Shown in pieces: positions 10,591 to 18,606 of a stretch of DNA of 36,220 nucleotides. The stretch is from Thermoguttaceae bacterium (lineage in GTDB: Bacteria; Planctomycetota; Planctomycetia; Pirellulales; Thermoguttaceae). Location of the stretch: positions 1-36,220 of the forward strand of contig JAZRTH010000049.1 of assembly GCA_045651945.1 (NCBI GenBank). The letters are read 5' to 3'. Each line of letters starts with the position of its first letter. The stretch's first letter is position 1. The translations under genes and the position numbers were made by a program. A model generated the notes under the pieces. The model searched no databases, was not told the origin of the DNA, and worked only from the letters and a program-made list of their open reading frames with translations.

Positions 10591-10636
10591 TTTTTATCGG
10601 GTGGCAAAAATTGCTTTATAATAATAAACTAATAGA

Positions 10637-10665
10637 ATTATAATATTAAAGACTTTTTTGTGCAA
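10637..10665 (-). promoter_or_regulatory. Sigma70-type promoter for ankyrin gene 2
   Basis: The minus strand reads TTGCAC (10665-10660), a 17-nt spacer, then TATAAT (10642-10637). This is about 47 nt upstream of the ATG. Confidence 0.55.
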
Positions 10666-10729
10666 GAGGCTATCACATTTTTTATAACAGAATTTCTTTG
10701 GCGAATGTAACGGTTTCGTTTTTCTTTTT

Positions 10730-10780
10730 CCGTGGGTTAAAAACCACGGCTAGAAATATTGAACCGCTATGCGGTTCTAG
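10730..10780 (-). repeat. Double-hairpin REP/MITE-like element, copy B (inverted relative to A and C)
   Basis: The reverse complement reads CTAGAACCGCATAGCGGTTCAATATTTCTAGCCGTGGTTTTTAACCCACGG. By eye it matches copy C at about 45 of 51 positions. Confidence 0.8.
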
Positions 10781-11073
10781 TTGAACGCTTCGCGTCCGGC
10801 TTTTTCTTTGTGTTATATGTGTTCTTTGTGTTTAAATTTCTTCGGCGGCTGATACAGCCGCGATCCAGCGGGTCTGGCGGGTTTTGCTGCGAAAGAGATT
10901 TTGGGAGGCTACCGCCGCAAGCGTTCACCAATTAATAACTTTGCGGACTTCGCGAACTTTGCGTGAGGCTTCTTTTGCGGCAGAGGACTGCCGCGTGCCG
11001 GCTCATCCGTGTGCGTGAGCGGATCAAAACGTAACTACGTTCGCTAAAGCGAACTACGTTACCGCCTTTCATT

Positions 11074-11097
11074 TCTCCGCGTCTCCGCGTCTCCGCG
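11074..11097. repeat. Tandem octamer TCTCCGCG x3
   Basis: Three exact head-to-tail copies, followed by TGAGG. The same GCGTGAGG ending occurs near 10968. Confidence 0.85.
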
Positions 11098-11133
11098 TGA
11101 GGTTTGCCCGGACTGACCCGCTCATAACCATAA

Positions 11134-11475
11134 CTAATCGAACAATCCTCCGCCGTCGGACGGCGGGGCGTCGGCGTGGGTCTTTTTGTATCCGCGGCGG
11201 GCGGATCGCGCTTTGACTTTCTGCTCGTTGTCGAGAACTTCGTCTTCCATGGGCTGGGTTATCGCGTTGCCGTTCTCGTCCAAACCGGACAGAACTTCCA
11301 GCTTGCGTTTGACGAAATCCAGCTGCTGATGGCACGCGCGAATCAGAGCGACGCCCTTTTCGTACTGCTTGAGCGACTCGTCCAAGGTAATCGACCCGGA
11401 TTCCAGATTCTGAACAATCTTGTCCAGTTCCGTCATGTTTTGTTCAAAGGTTTTTGCGTTCTGTTTGTCTGCCAT
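11134..11475 (-). CDS. xseB: Exodeoxyribonuclease VII small subunit
   Basis: FEQNMTELDKIVQNLESGSITLDESLKQYEKGVALIRACHQQL matches the XseB helical-hairpin signature. The C-terminal tail is longer than usual (113 aa). Confidence 0.85.
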   Translation of the reverse strand: MADKQNAKTFEQNMTELDKIVQNLESGSITLDESLKQYEKGVALIRACHQQLDFVKRKLEVLSGLDENGNAITQPMEDEVLDNEQKVKARSARRGYKKTHADAPPSDGGGLFD

Positions 11476-11478
11476 AGT

Positions 11479-11533
11479 TAGGGAATGGGGAATAGGGAGT
11501 AGGGAGTAGTAAGCTACTAGCTATTAGCTTGTG
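11479..11533. repeat. Heptamer tandem array: TAGGGAA/TGGGGAA/TAGGGAG/TAGGGAG, then TAGCTNN units
   Basis: 7-nt periodicity read directly. It starts 3 nt beyond the xseB ATG, so it forms the xseB 5' leader on the minus strand. Confidence 0.85.
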
Positions 11534-11582
11534 CATTTGTAGAACTTAGCGTTAACATTTAACGCCTGAGCCTAAAATAACC

Positions 11583-11603
11583 AAGCTAGAAGCTAAAAGC
11601 TCA
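11583..11603. repeat. Heptamer tandem array AAGCTAG AAGCTAA AAGCTCA
   Basis: Three 7-nt units directly abutting the guaA stop codon (11604-11606). Confidence 0.8.
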
Positions 11604-13166
11604 TCACTCCCACTCAATTGTTGCTGGCGGTTTGGAACTGATGTCGTAGACGTCGCGGTTGACGCCTTTGACTTCGTTGATAATTCGGGTGGAAATGGAC
11701 GCTAAGACGTCGTAGGGAAGCCGGCTCCAGTCAGCGGTCATGAAATCTTCGGATGTAACGCTGCGAATAACAATCGCGTTTTCGTACGTTCGGGCGTCGC
11801 CCATAACGCCAACGGACTGCACCGGCAGGAGGACGGCAAACGTCTGTGACGTGGCGCGGTACAGGTTGGCTTTTCGGATTTCCTGAAGTAAAATGGCGTC
11901 GGCTTCGCGAATGACGCCCAGCTTTTCTTTGACGACCTCGCCCAGACAGCGCACCGCCAACCCGGGACCGGGGAACGGATGCCGCCAGACGATTTCTTCC
12001 GGAAGCCCGAGCTGCAGTCCCAGCCGCCGGACTTCGTCTTTGAACAAGTCCCGCAGCGGTTCGATCAGTTCAAACCCCAGTTCCGCCGGCAGACCGCCGA
12101 CGTTGTGATGCAGCTTGATTGTCGCCGCGGGACCGTCCGGTTCGCCGCCGGATTCGATTACGTCCGGATAGAGCGTTCCTTGAGCGAGGAACTCCGCCCC
12201 TTCGACGGTTTTCGCTTCCGCCTTGAAACATTCAATAAACTCAGCGCCGATAATCTTCCGCTTTTCCTGCGGAGCTGTTACGCCCTTGAGCCGTTCCAGA
12301 AACCGATCTTGAGCGTAAACGACGCGCAAGTCCGTTTTGAAATGGTTGGTAAACTCGTCAATGACAAGTTTCGCCTCGTTTTTGCGAAGCAGCCCATTGT
12401 CAACCAGAATACAGGTCAGTTTGTCGCCCAGGGCTTTGGACAGCAGCGCGGCAACGACGGCGGAATCGACCCCGCCGGAAAGACCGCAAATACCCCGCTT
12501 GTCCCCAACACGCTGTCGAACCTGTTCGATCGTCTGTCGGGCAAAATCTTCCAGCTTCCACGTTCCGGCGCACCCGCAAACGGTTCGAAGGAAATTCTTC
12601 AGCAGCAGCCCGCCCTCCGGCGTGTGCGTTACTTCCGGATGGAACTGCAAACCGTAAATCGGGCGCGTTTTGTGCTTGACAGCCGCGATCGGGCACGACC
12701 CGGCTTGCGCCAGAGTAACAAAGGCGTCAGCAATGTTCTCGACCCGGTCTCCGTGACTCATCCAGACTTGCGTAGAGGACGGGAACCCGGCAAACAGCCC
12801 ATCGCCGTCCGTCTGAGCGGCGGGGTTGACCGTCAGCTGAGCGCGGCCAAACTCTCGCGTCGAGACGTTGACGACCGTTCCGCCGAACGCTTTGCTGATA
12901 AGCTGCATTCCATAACAGATGCCCAGGATCGGCAAATCCAGCTTGAAGATGTCCGGATCGCATTGCGGCGCCCCGGCTTCGTAAACGCTCGACGGCCCAC
13001 CGGAAAGAATAATCCCCTTGGGAGAAAGCTCTTGAATTCGCTGGGCGGAAATATCGTATCGGACAATTCGGCAATATACGTTCTGCTCGCGCACCCGGCG
13101 CGCAATGAGTTGAGTGTACTGCGACCCAAAATCCAGTATGAGAATTTTCTCGTCGGATAAACTCAT
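11604..13166 (-). CDS. guaA: GMP synthase (glutamine-hydrolysing)
   Basis: N-terminal class-I amidotransferase ([31 protein letters not shown]). ATP-PPase P-loop SGGVDSAV. C-terminal PPATIEWE. The ATG at 13166 ([14 protein letters not shown]) is preferred over the track TTG at 13190. Confidence 0.97.
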   Translation of the reverse strand: MSLSDEKILILDFGSQYTQLIARRVREQNVYCRIVRYDISAQRIQELSPKGIILSGGPSSVYEAGAPQCDPDIFKLDLPILGICYGMQLISKAFGGTVVNVSTREFGRAQLTVNPAAQTDGDGLFAGFPSSTQVWMSHGDRVENIADAFVTLAQAGSCPIAAVKHKTRPIYGLQFHPEVTHTPEGGLLLKNFLRTVCGCAGTWKLEDFARQTIEQVRQRVGDKRGICGLSGGVDSAVVAALLSKALGDKLTCILVDNGLLRKNEAKLVIDEFTNHFKTDLRVVYAQDRFLERLKGVTAPQEKRKIIGAEFIECFKAEAKTVEGAEFLAQGTLYPDVIESGGEPDGPAATIKLHHNVGGLPAELGFELIEPLRDLFKDEVRRLGLQLGLPEEIVWRHPFPGPGLAVRCLGEVVKEKLGVIREADAILLQEIRKANLYRATSQTFAVLLPVQSVGVMGDARTYENAIVIRSVTSEDFMTADWSRLPYDVLASISTRIINEVKGVNRDVYDISSKPPATIEWE

Positions 13167-13174
13167 GGTAGTTA

Positions 13175-13209
13175 AATTAGCAATTAGCAATTAGTAATTA
13201 GCAATTGAC
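13175..13209. repeat. Heptamer tandem array AATTAGC x5 (two variant units)
   Basis: AATTAGC AATTAGC AATTAGT AATTAGC AATTGAC, beginning 9 nt from the guaA ATG. Confidence 0.85.
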
Positions 13210-13222
13210 GCGAAGCGTTCCG

Positions 13223-13274
13223 CTAGAACCGCTTTAGCGGTTCAATATTAGTAGCCGTGGGTTTTAACCCACGG
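13223..13274 (+). repeat. Double-hairpin REP/MITE-like element, copy C
   Basis: CTAGAACCGCTTTAGCGGTTCAATATTAGTAGCCGTGGGTTTTAACCCACGG has two hairpins: GAACCGC/GCGGTTC and CCGTGGGTT/AACCCACGG. It is flanked by direct repeats AATTGACGCGAAGCGT and AATTGACGCAAAGCGT. Confidence 0.85.
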
Positions 13275-13417
13275 AATTGACGCAAAGCGTCTCAATAAAT
13301 GGGAATTATCAAAAATGATTCTCCCCCTATGGAATTAATTGCTAATTATACAACAAAAAAGATTTTTTACCAGAGGGCGGGGAGGTTAGACGGTTGATTC
13401 GGTGAGGCGCTTTGCGA

Positions 13418-13505
13418 AATTGCTAATTGCTAATTGACAATTGCTAATTCCCCTATTCCCTATTCCCTACTCCCTATTCCCTACTCCCTACTGCCTACTC
13501 CCTAT
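13418..13505. repeat. Compound heptamer array: (AATTGCT)x4-5 then (CTATTCC/CTACTCC)x7-8
   Basis: About 12.5 consecutive 7-nt units. The array runs into the stop codon of ankyrin gene 3 (13502-13504). Its units are the reverse complements of the arrays at 13175-13209 and at 11479/17095. Confidence 0.85.
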
Positions 13506-14986
13506 TTAGCGCCATGCGCTTTTAGCCATTTGACCAATCTTACGTTCCCTTTTACGGGGATAAGTTTCAAGATCGTCTGTCCGTATTCGTCTTTTGCGTT
13601 GACGTCTGCGCCTTGTTCGACGAGCCATTTAATCAAATTTAAATTCAAACGTCCGTGCTGGATGGCAAAATGCAAGACCGTCCAATTTGATTTATTTACT
13701 GCATTGACGTCAGCGCCGCGTTCAACGAGCCATTGAGCCAATTCTAAACGCCCGCCGTACATGGCATAATGTAAGACTGTATCCTTCCATTTGTTTTTAG
13801 CGTTGATATTAGCTCCGTGCTCAACAAGCCATTGGACCAATTCCAGATTCCCGTTCATAGCAGCCGAATGTAAAATCGAATCCCCATCTTTGTCTTTTTC
13901 GTTGACGTCAAATCCTTGGTCAATGAGCCATTGAACCAGTTCCAAATTCCCGCTATCAACGGCGGAATGCAAGGCTGTCCTGTTCCGTTTGTTTTTTGCT
14001 GTAACGTCCACGCCTTGTTTGACCAGCCATTGAACCAGTTCCAAATTTCCGCTTTCGGCGGCAGAATGTAAAACGGTTTCCTTCCATTGGTCTTTTACCT
14101 TGACGTCCAGTCCCTGTTTAACAAGCCATTGAACCAACTCCAGATTTCCGTTTTCGGCGGCAAGATGCAAGACGGTTTCCTTCCATTTATTTTCAGCATT
14201 GAGATTCGCGCCGCGGTCAACGAGCCATTGAATCAATTTCAGATTCCCCGTCATGGCGGCAAAATGTAACGCTGTTTCTTCATGCTCGTCTTTTACGCTG
14301 ATGTCAAGCCCTTGTGTAACCAGCCATTGAGCCAATTCTAAATTCTCACATGCTGCGACAGAAAACAAAAGATTTGCCGCGTCGTCATTTTCAAATGTCT
14401 TGACGTCAAGTCCCTGTTTAATGAGCCACTGAACCAGTTTCAAATTCTCGCTTTCGGCGGCGTAATGCAAAGCAGTCTTGCCATACCTGTCTTTTTTGTT
14501 GACGTTTACGTTCTGGTCAACGAGCCATTGAACCAGTTTCAAGTTCCCGCTTTCGGCGGCGTAAAGCAAGACGGTTCTGTCGTCAAAGTCTTTTGCGTTG
14601 ACGTCAAATCCTTGATCAACGAGCCATTGAACAAGTTTTATATTTCCACTTTGGGCGGCATAATGCAACGCTGTTCTTTTAAGTTCGTCTTTTTTGTTGA
14701 CGTTTAAGCCCTGTTCAACCAGCCACTGAACCAGTTTCAGATTCCCGCTTTGGGCGGCGTAATGCAAGACGGTTTTGTCATAACCGTCTTTTGTTTTAAT
14801 GTTTGCGCCACGTTTTAGAAGCTGCTTTATTCGACTTTGACTGCCTGACAGCGCGGCATAATGAATAACCGTACCGTCTATGTGACGGGAACGATATTTA
14901 AAATCAAAGTCCCCCGTTTGGAACATCTGTTCAAAACGTTCTATGCTCTGGCTGTCAAATTCTTTGTTGAGTATCGATTGAGTCAT
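13502..14986 (-). CDS. Ankyrin-repeat protein 3 (14 repeats), no signal peptide
   Basis: Fourteen ANK units (TVLHYAAESGNLKLVQWLVDQG type). N-terminal module SIERFEQMFQTGDFDFKY. Confidence 0.9.
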   Translation of the reverse strand: MTQSILNKEFDSQSIERFEQMFQTGDFDFKYRSRHIDGTVIHYAALSGSQSRIKQLLKRGANIKTKDGYDKTVLHYAAQSGNLKLVQWLVEQGLNVNKKDELKRTALHYAAQSGNIKLVQWLVDQGFDVNAKDFDDRTVLLYAAESGNLKLVQWLVDQNVNVNKKDRYGKTALHYAAESENLKLVQWLIKQGLDVKTFENDDAANLLFSVAACENLELAQWLVTQGLDISVKDEHEETALHFAAMTGNLKLIQWLVDRGANLNAENKWKETVLHLAAENGNLELVQWLVKQGLDVKVKDQWKETVLHSAAESGNLELVQWLVKQGVDVTAKNKRNRTALHSAVDSGNLELVQWLIDQGFDVNEKDKDGDSILHSAAMNGNLELVQWLVEHGANINAKNKWKDTVLHYAMYGGRLELAQWLVERGADVNAVNKSNWTVLHFAIQHGRLNLNLIKWLVEQGADVNAKDEYGQTILKLIPVKGNVRLVKWLKAHGAK

Positions 14987-14987
14987 G

Positions 14988-15008
14988 GTTGCGAGTTGCG
15001 AGTTGCGA
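14988..15008. repeat. Heptamer tandem array GTTGCGA x3
   Basis: Three exact units starting 2 nt from the ATG of ankyrin gene 3, followed by GGCGGCG. The 14-mer GTTGCGAGGCGGCG recurs at 16276-16289 next to the M48 ATG. Confidence 0.85.
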
Positions 15009-15040
15009 GGCGGCGAGAATTAAGTCAGCTTCTGACGGTT

Positions 15041-15104
15041 GGGTTCGCCTTCGGCGAACTGCGTAATTCCGTTCGCTTCGCTCACTCCATTACCGCCTTC
15101 CATC
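15041..15104 (-). repeat. Conserved ~65-nt 3'-end element, copy 1 (after the M48 gene)
   Basis: GGTTCGCC TTC GGCGAAC hairpin, then TGCGTAATTCCG ... TCCATTACCGCCTT. It aligns with 19684-19748. Confidence 0.7.
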
Positions 15105-15110
15105 TATTGT

Positions 15111-16271
15111 CTACTCCATAATTCCTCTTGGTTCCCGCGCCATAGCGATTCTCTCGCCAATTGGGGGATGAGAGTCAAACCAGATCACAGCCCAGCGGGG
15201 CGGGTTGGGGTCGGCTTTGTTGAGCGTCGCCAGACGGGAAAACGCACGGGTATAAGCGTCTGCGCCGCAATGTTCCAGGGCGTAAGCGTCCGCCTGACGT
15301 TCAAAGCGTCGGCTGATAGCGTTGTTGAACGGTTCGTAAAGGGAGAAAATCGTCATGAAAAAGAACTCTATCGGGACGATTATCCACGGTTGAAGCTCCA
15401 CATAGGAAAACGTTTCCATATCGTGACCCGCCAGGGCTCGAATAAACAAATCGCACAGCGCGAACGCAACGAGAGAAAAGACGAGGCTTAAGGGGATCAT
15501 TTTCCAAAGATGAGCGTGAACGTGATGTCCGATTTCGTGAGCGAAGACGGTTTCGATTTCGTCCTGTTCAAAGTTGGATAAAAGCGTGTCGCCCAAAATG
15601 ACGCGGCGCGTTTTGCCGAATCCGGTCAGCATGGCGTTTGCCTTAACCGTTTCGTCCGACATGTTCATCTTGTACACGCCTTCCAGAGTGAGCGTCGTCG
15701 GCTCCGTCAGCCGTTTCAGACCGGCGAGAAGGGTTTCGTTGTCAACGCGGTCAATCTTGTAAAACAGCGGCAAAATGAGAACCGGCAGCAGCATGCCGAG
15801 TACAAAGTTCAAGACGAAAAATACCAAAATGGACAGCGGAATCCACCAAACGCCGGTATAAACAATCAGCAGGAACAAACCGGTCATGAGGGCGCATTCC
15901 ATCAAGCCGGTAAGAATCCACATCTTGACTTTTTTCCACAGCCAACCGCCGAACGTCATCTTGCTGAGGTTGAATTTGTGTTCCAGGACGAACCCGCCGT
16001 AGAACGAAAGCGGCAGGGACACAATCACGTGCAGCGCGAAGACAATCGCGACGATCGCCAGCGCTTGAAGAGTTGCCGTACTCGCCCACGGCTGACCGGC
16101 GATCCAATCTCCCAGCGGTTTAGCGAATACAAACGCCATCACGCCTAAAAAGAGGAAATCAACCGCTTTGTCAATGAGCGTCAATTTGAGCTGCGCGCGA
16201 TCGTACTGCCGCGCTTCTTCGAGTTGCTCTGGAGTCTGTTCTGTTTGGCTGGTTTGTTCTGGTTCGGACAT
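15111..16271 (-). CDS. M48 family (Ste24/HtpX-like) membrane zinc metalloprotease
   Basis: Multiple N-terminal TM helices, HEIGHH zinc motif, downstream E in FERQADAYA and a C-terminal SHPP motif. Confidence 0.85.
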   Translation of the reverse strand: MSEPEQTSQTEQTPEQLEEARQYDRAQLKLTLIDKAVDFLFLGVMAFVFAKPLGDWIAGQPWASTATLQALAIVAIVFALHVIVSLPLSFYGGFVLEHKFNLSKMTFGGWLWKKVKMWILTGLMECALMTGLFLLIVYTGVWWIPLSILVFFVLNFVLGMLLPVLILPLFYKIDRVDNETLLAGLKRLTEPTTLTLEGVYKMNMSDETVKANAMLTGFGKTRRVILGDTLLSNFEQDEIETVFAHEIGHHVHAHLWKMIPLSLVFSLVAFALCDLFIRALAGHDMETFSYVELQPWIIVPIEFFFMTIFSLYEPFNNAISRRFERQADAYALEHCGADAYTRAFSRLATLNKADPNPPRWAVIWFDSHPPIGERIAMAREPRGIME

Positions 16272-16559
16272 AGTAGTTGCGAGGCGGCGTTCCCTGTCCG
16301 TGCACGGGTCAGTCCGTTCACGGATTTTACGGATTAAACGGATTTTCGGCGATTGGTTATTCTAATTCTAAATTTCTCTCCCTTACTAAAGTTTTTTGGA
16401 AAAGGGAGTTTGAGGGGAAGAACCTTTTTTTTCAAAAAAGGTTTTCCCCTCATAATTATTTACCTTGAAAAAACTTCCCTAAAAGGGAGCCAGCTTGCTG
16501 GCGACCGAAAGTTTTTTCAAGGCGGACGAAGTCTGCTAGAACCGTGTTAGCGGTTCAAT

Positions 16560-17087
16560 TTATTCAATTCTATACACGTAATTTTCTTTTCTCGGCGCGG
16601 GGGCGGGCAGAGGCGCGGCGGGGGATCCCAGGACGCAATGTCCGATGCCTTCGTAGTCGCCGGTAATGCCCAGCTGTTGAAGAATCTCTTTGCCTTCCGG
16701 ACGTTCAAATTCCTCTTTGGCGCGATGAATCCAGCAGGACGCCACGCCGCAGGCGGTTGCCGCCAGCATGAGGTTGCCGATTACCAGCGAGCCGTCGTAC
16801 AGATACGTTGGCTTGCTCTTGTCCGCCAGGACAATAACGACAGTTGGCGCGCCGTAGAACGGGTCGTTGGTCGTTCCGAGAATCTCGCCGTTGATTTTGG
16901 ACAACTTGTCTCGGAGTTCCTTGTTTGTAACAGCAATCATAATCGGCGACTGAAAACCGCGTCCAGTGGCGGCAAACGTCCCGGCTTTGAGAATCTTGTT
17001 GAGGACGTCTTCCGGAATCGGTTCCGGCTTGAAATTTCGGCAGCTTCGCCGAGCGGTAAACAGCGACAGGTCGTAGGGTTCGTTCAT
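16560..17087 (-). CDS. Nitroreductase family protein
   Basis: RRSCRNFKPEPIPEDVLNKILKAG N-terminal signature, 175 aa, typical size and motif layout of FMN nitroreductases. Confidence 0.8.
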   Translation of the reverse strand: MNEPYDLSLFTARRSCRNFKPEPIPEDVLNKILKAGTFAATGRGFQSPIMIAVTNKELRDKLSKINGEILGTTNDPFYGAPTVVIVLADKSKPTYLYDGSLVIGNLMLAATACGVASCWIHRAKEEFERPEGKEILQQLGITGDYEGIGHCVLGSPAAPLPAPAPRKENYVYRIE

Positions 17088-17094
17088 GGCAGTT

Positions 17095-17133
17095 TAGGGA
17101 ATAGGGAATAGGGAGTAGGGAATAGGGAGTAGG
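17095..17133. repeat. Heptamer tandem array TAGGGAA/TAGGGAG x5.5
   Basis: It fills essentially the whole 46-nt gap between the P-loop NTPase stop (17134) and the nitroreductase ATG (17087). Confidence 0.9.
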
Positions 17134-18606
17134 TTACTCTTTCAAAAAATGTTTCAGTGTTCCGTCGAATTCGCTGGTTGCGATTTTCCATTGCGGATTC
17201 TGGTCGGTAAACGACTGAGCGTGTTCGCACATCAACTCGTACAGGAATTTGAACACGCGGCGGGGCGTTCGGATTCGTTCCAGCGAGCTTGTCAGATGGT
17301 CAAAGGTCATGTTGTCGTCAAACCATTTGTCCAGCGTTTCGGGGACGTCAACCATCGTTTTGTCCGTACAGGCGGCAAGTCGGGCGTTGACCAAATCGTA
17401 AAGGGAATGTCCCGTCCACGTCAAAGACGGAACGAGGTTTTGTTTATCGAGTCGGCTTCGTTCGTTGAACTCATTGTTTTCTTTTTTAGCGTAGTCGTAC
17501 AGCTCTGCCGGCAAGAGCAGTTTGAAGGCAACGTCCGGATATTTGAGCAGTTTGTTATCCAGAAGCGGCCAGATGAAATCGCGCATCAGCGGCGCAGAGC
17601 CGGTAATCATGTACGGCTCATCGACTCTGTCGACAAGGACGACAATCGACTTGTATCCCAAAACCTTGGTCAGGTTCGAGAACTTTTCCAGCAGCGCGTA
17701 ACGGTCGTCAGACTGCGCGCGGGTCGGCAGCGGCTGGCCGGTCAGCTGTGACGTTGGCGTGTCCATCAGAATCTGACGCATGGGCGCTTTGTCGAAGTTG
17801 CGAACGCGAAGGTTCTTCCAGAGCTTTCGCGCTTCCCAATGCAGCGTTACAAATCGCCAAATCCATGGAACGAATCCGATAAACAGCGCCAGCCAGAAGT
17901 ATACGCTCAAAATGTGACTGCTCTTAAGAATCTCCATACGCCATAATCCAACGGCAATAAGGCAAAAGAGCAAAAGCCAGGCGGCGGCAACGGAAAACCA
18001 TTTCCACGCCGCCAGATTATAAACGCCCAGCTTTTTGCGAAGCTTCGTCCAGCGGCTGTACTGACCGCCGGAGGGCGACTGGTCGTACAGAGCCGCCAGG
18101 AGCAGAAAGTCGCGCTTTTGGTTGTTATCCAGCGCTTTGAGATTCAGTTCCGGGTCAACGTTCCCGTTGGCGTCTCGAACTTGCAGCGCCTGATCCGTCA
18201 GCTTTGTTACGCCCAGCGTTAAAATGGCGTCTATGTGATCCCACAATTTCCAATTCTTGAGAAGCGTTGCCGGTTTGCGCCACAACTTGGAAAAGCGTTC
18301 CTGAAACGCGTCCAGAAACGGATTGAAGTCGTCGTACTGAATCACGAAATCCCGTTTGTCCGGATTCTCTTGATTGTACTTGCCGATTTGACGATTCATT
18401 TGAATTTTCAGAGCGGTTTTGCCTGACCCCTTTTCGCCAAATACAATCGACGTGGACGGCAGCGCCGGATCGCCGAAAATTTTGTCCCAAGCCGGGTGGC
18501 GAGTTTCCAGACAGCCATTCTGAAAAACGATGTCAGACTGAGCGTCCTCTTCCGCAAACGGATTGGAAATGATTCCATGATGTTTTAAAAAGTCGGATAA
18601 CTTCAT
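17134..18606 (-). CDS. P-loop NTPase with two TM helices inserted between Walker A and Walker B (KAP-like topology)
   Basis: Walker A GEKGSGKT (aa 57-64). Hydrophobic helices at about aa 203-222 and 232-252. Walker B-like IVVLVDRVDE (aa 321-330). Its ATG overlaps the queG stop (ATGA at 18603-18606). Confidence 0.6.
   Translation of the reverse strand: MKLSDFLKHHGIISNPFAEEDAQSDIVFQNGCLETRHPAWDKIFGDPALPSTSIVFGEKGSGKTALKIQMNRQIGKYNQENPDKRDFVIQYDDFNPFLDAFQERFSKLWRKPATLLKNWKLWDHIDAILTLGVTKLTDQALQVRDANGNVDPELNLKALDNNQKRDFLLLAALYDQSPSGGQYSRWTKLRKKLGVYNLAAWKWFSVAAAWLLLFCLIAVGLWRMEILKSSHILSVYFWLALFIGFVPWIWRFVTLHWEARKLWKNLRVRNFDKAPMRQILMDTPTSQLTGQPLPTRAQSDDRYALLEKFSNLTKVLGYKSIVVLVDRVDEPYMITGSAPLMRDFIWPLLDNKLLKYPDVAFKLLLPAELYDYAKKENNEFNERSRLDKQNLVPSLTWTGHSLYDLVNARLAACTDKTMVDVPETLDKWFDDNMTFDHLTSSLERIRTPRRVFKFLYELMCEHAQSFTDQNPQWKIATSEFDGTLKHFLKE

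Noticed and set aside
10591-11133. A 540-nt gene-free region was checked for a tRNA, tmRNA, RNase P or SRP RNA, or a riboswitch
   Set aside because: I could find no conserved cores such as a T-loop GGTTCGAATCC, the RNase P GAGGAAAGTCC, or purine/preQ1 riboswitch cores. The region is explained by the promoter, REP-like hairpins and short tandem repeats. A covariance-model scan is still advisable.
11979-13160. 393-aa plus-strand ORF, plus several 70-115-aa ORFs on both strands within 11893-13129
   Set aside because: They are antisense to, or out of frame with, the unmistakable guaA gene. Long shadow ORFs are expected in G+C-rich coding sequence.
13418-13505. Could the short tandem repeats here, and at 11479, 17095 and 20551, be a CRISPR array?
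   Set aside because: The units are 7 nt and directly abut one another with no spacers. No cas genes are present. They are simple tandem repeats.
13434-13736. Plus-strand 100-aa ORF beginning MTIANSPIPYSLLPIPYSLLPTPY
   Set aside because: Its repetitive N-terminus is just the translation of the heptamer array. The rest is antisense to ankyrin gene 3.
15039-15491. 150-aa plus-strand ORF spanning the 3'-end element and the M48 C-terminus
   Set aside because: It is antisense to the M48 protease gene and begins inside a noncoding repeat element.
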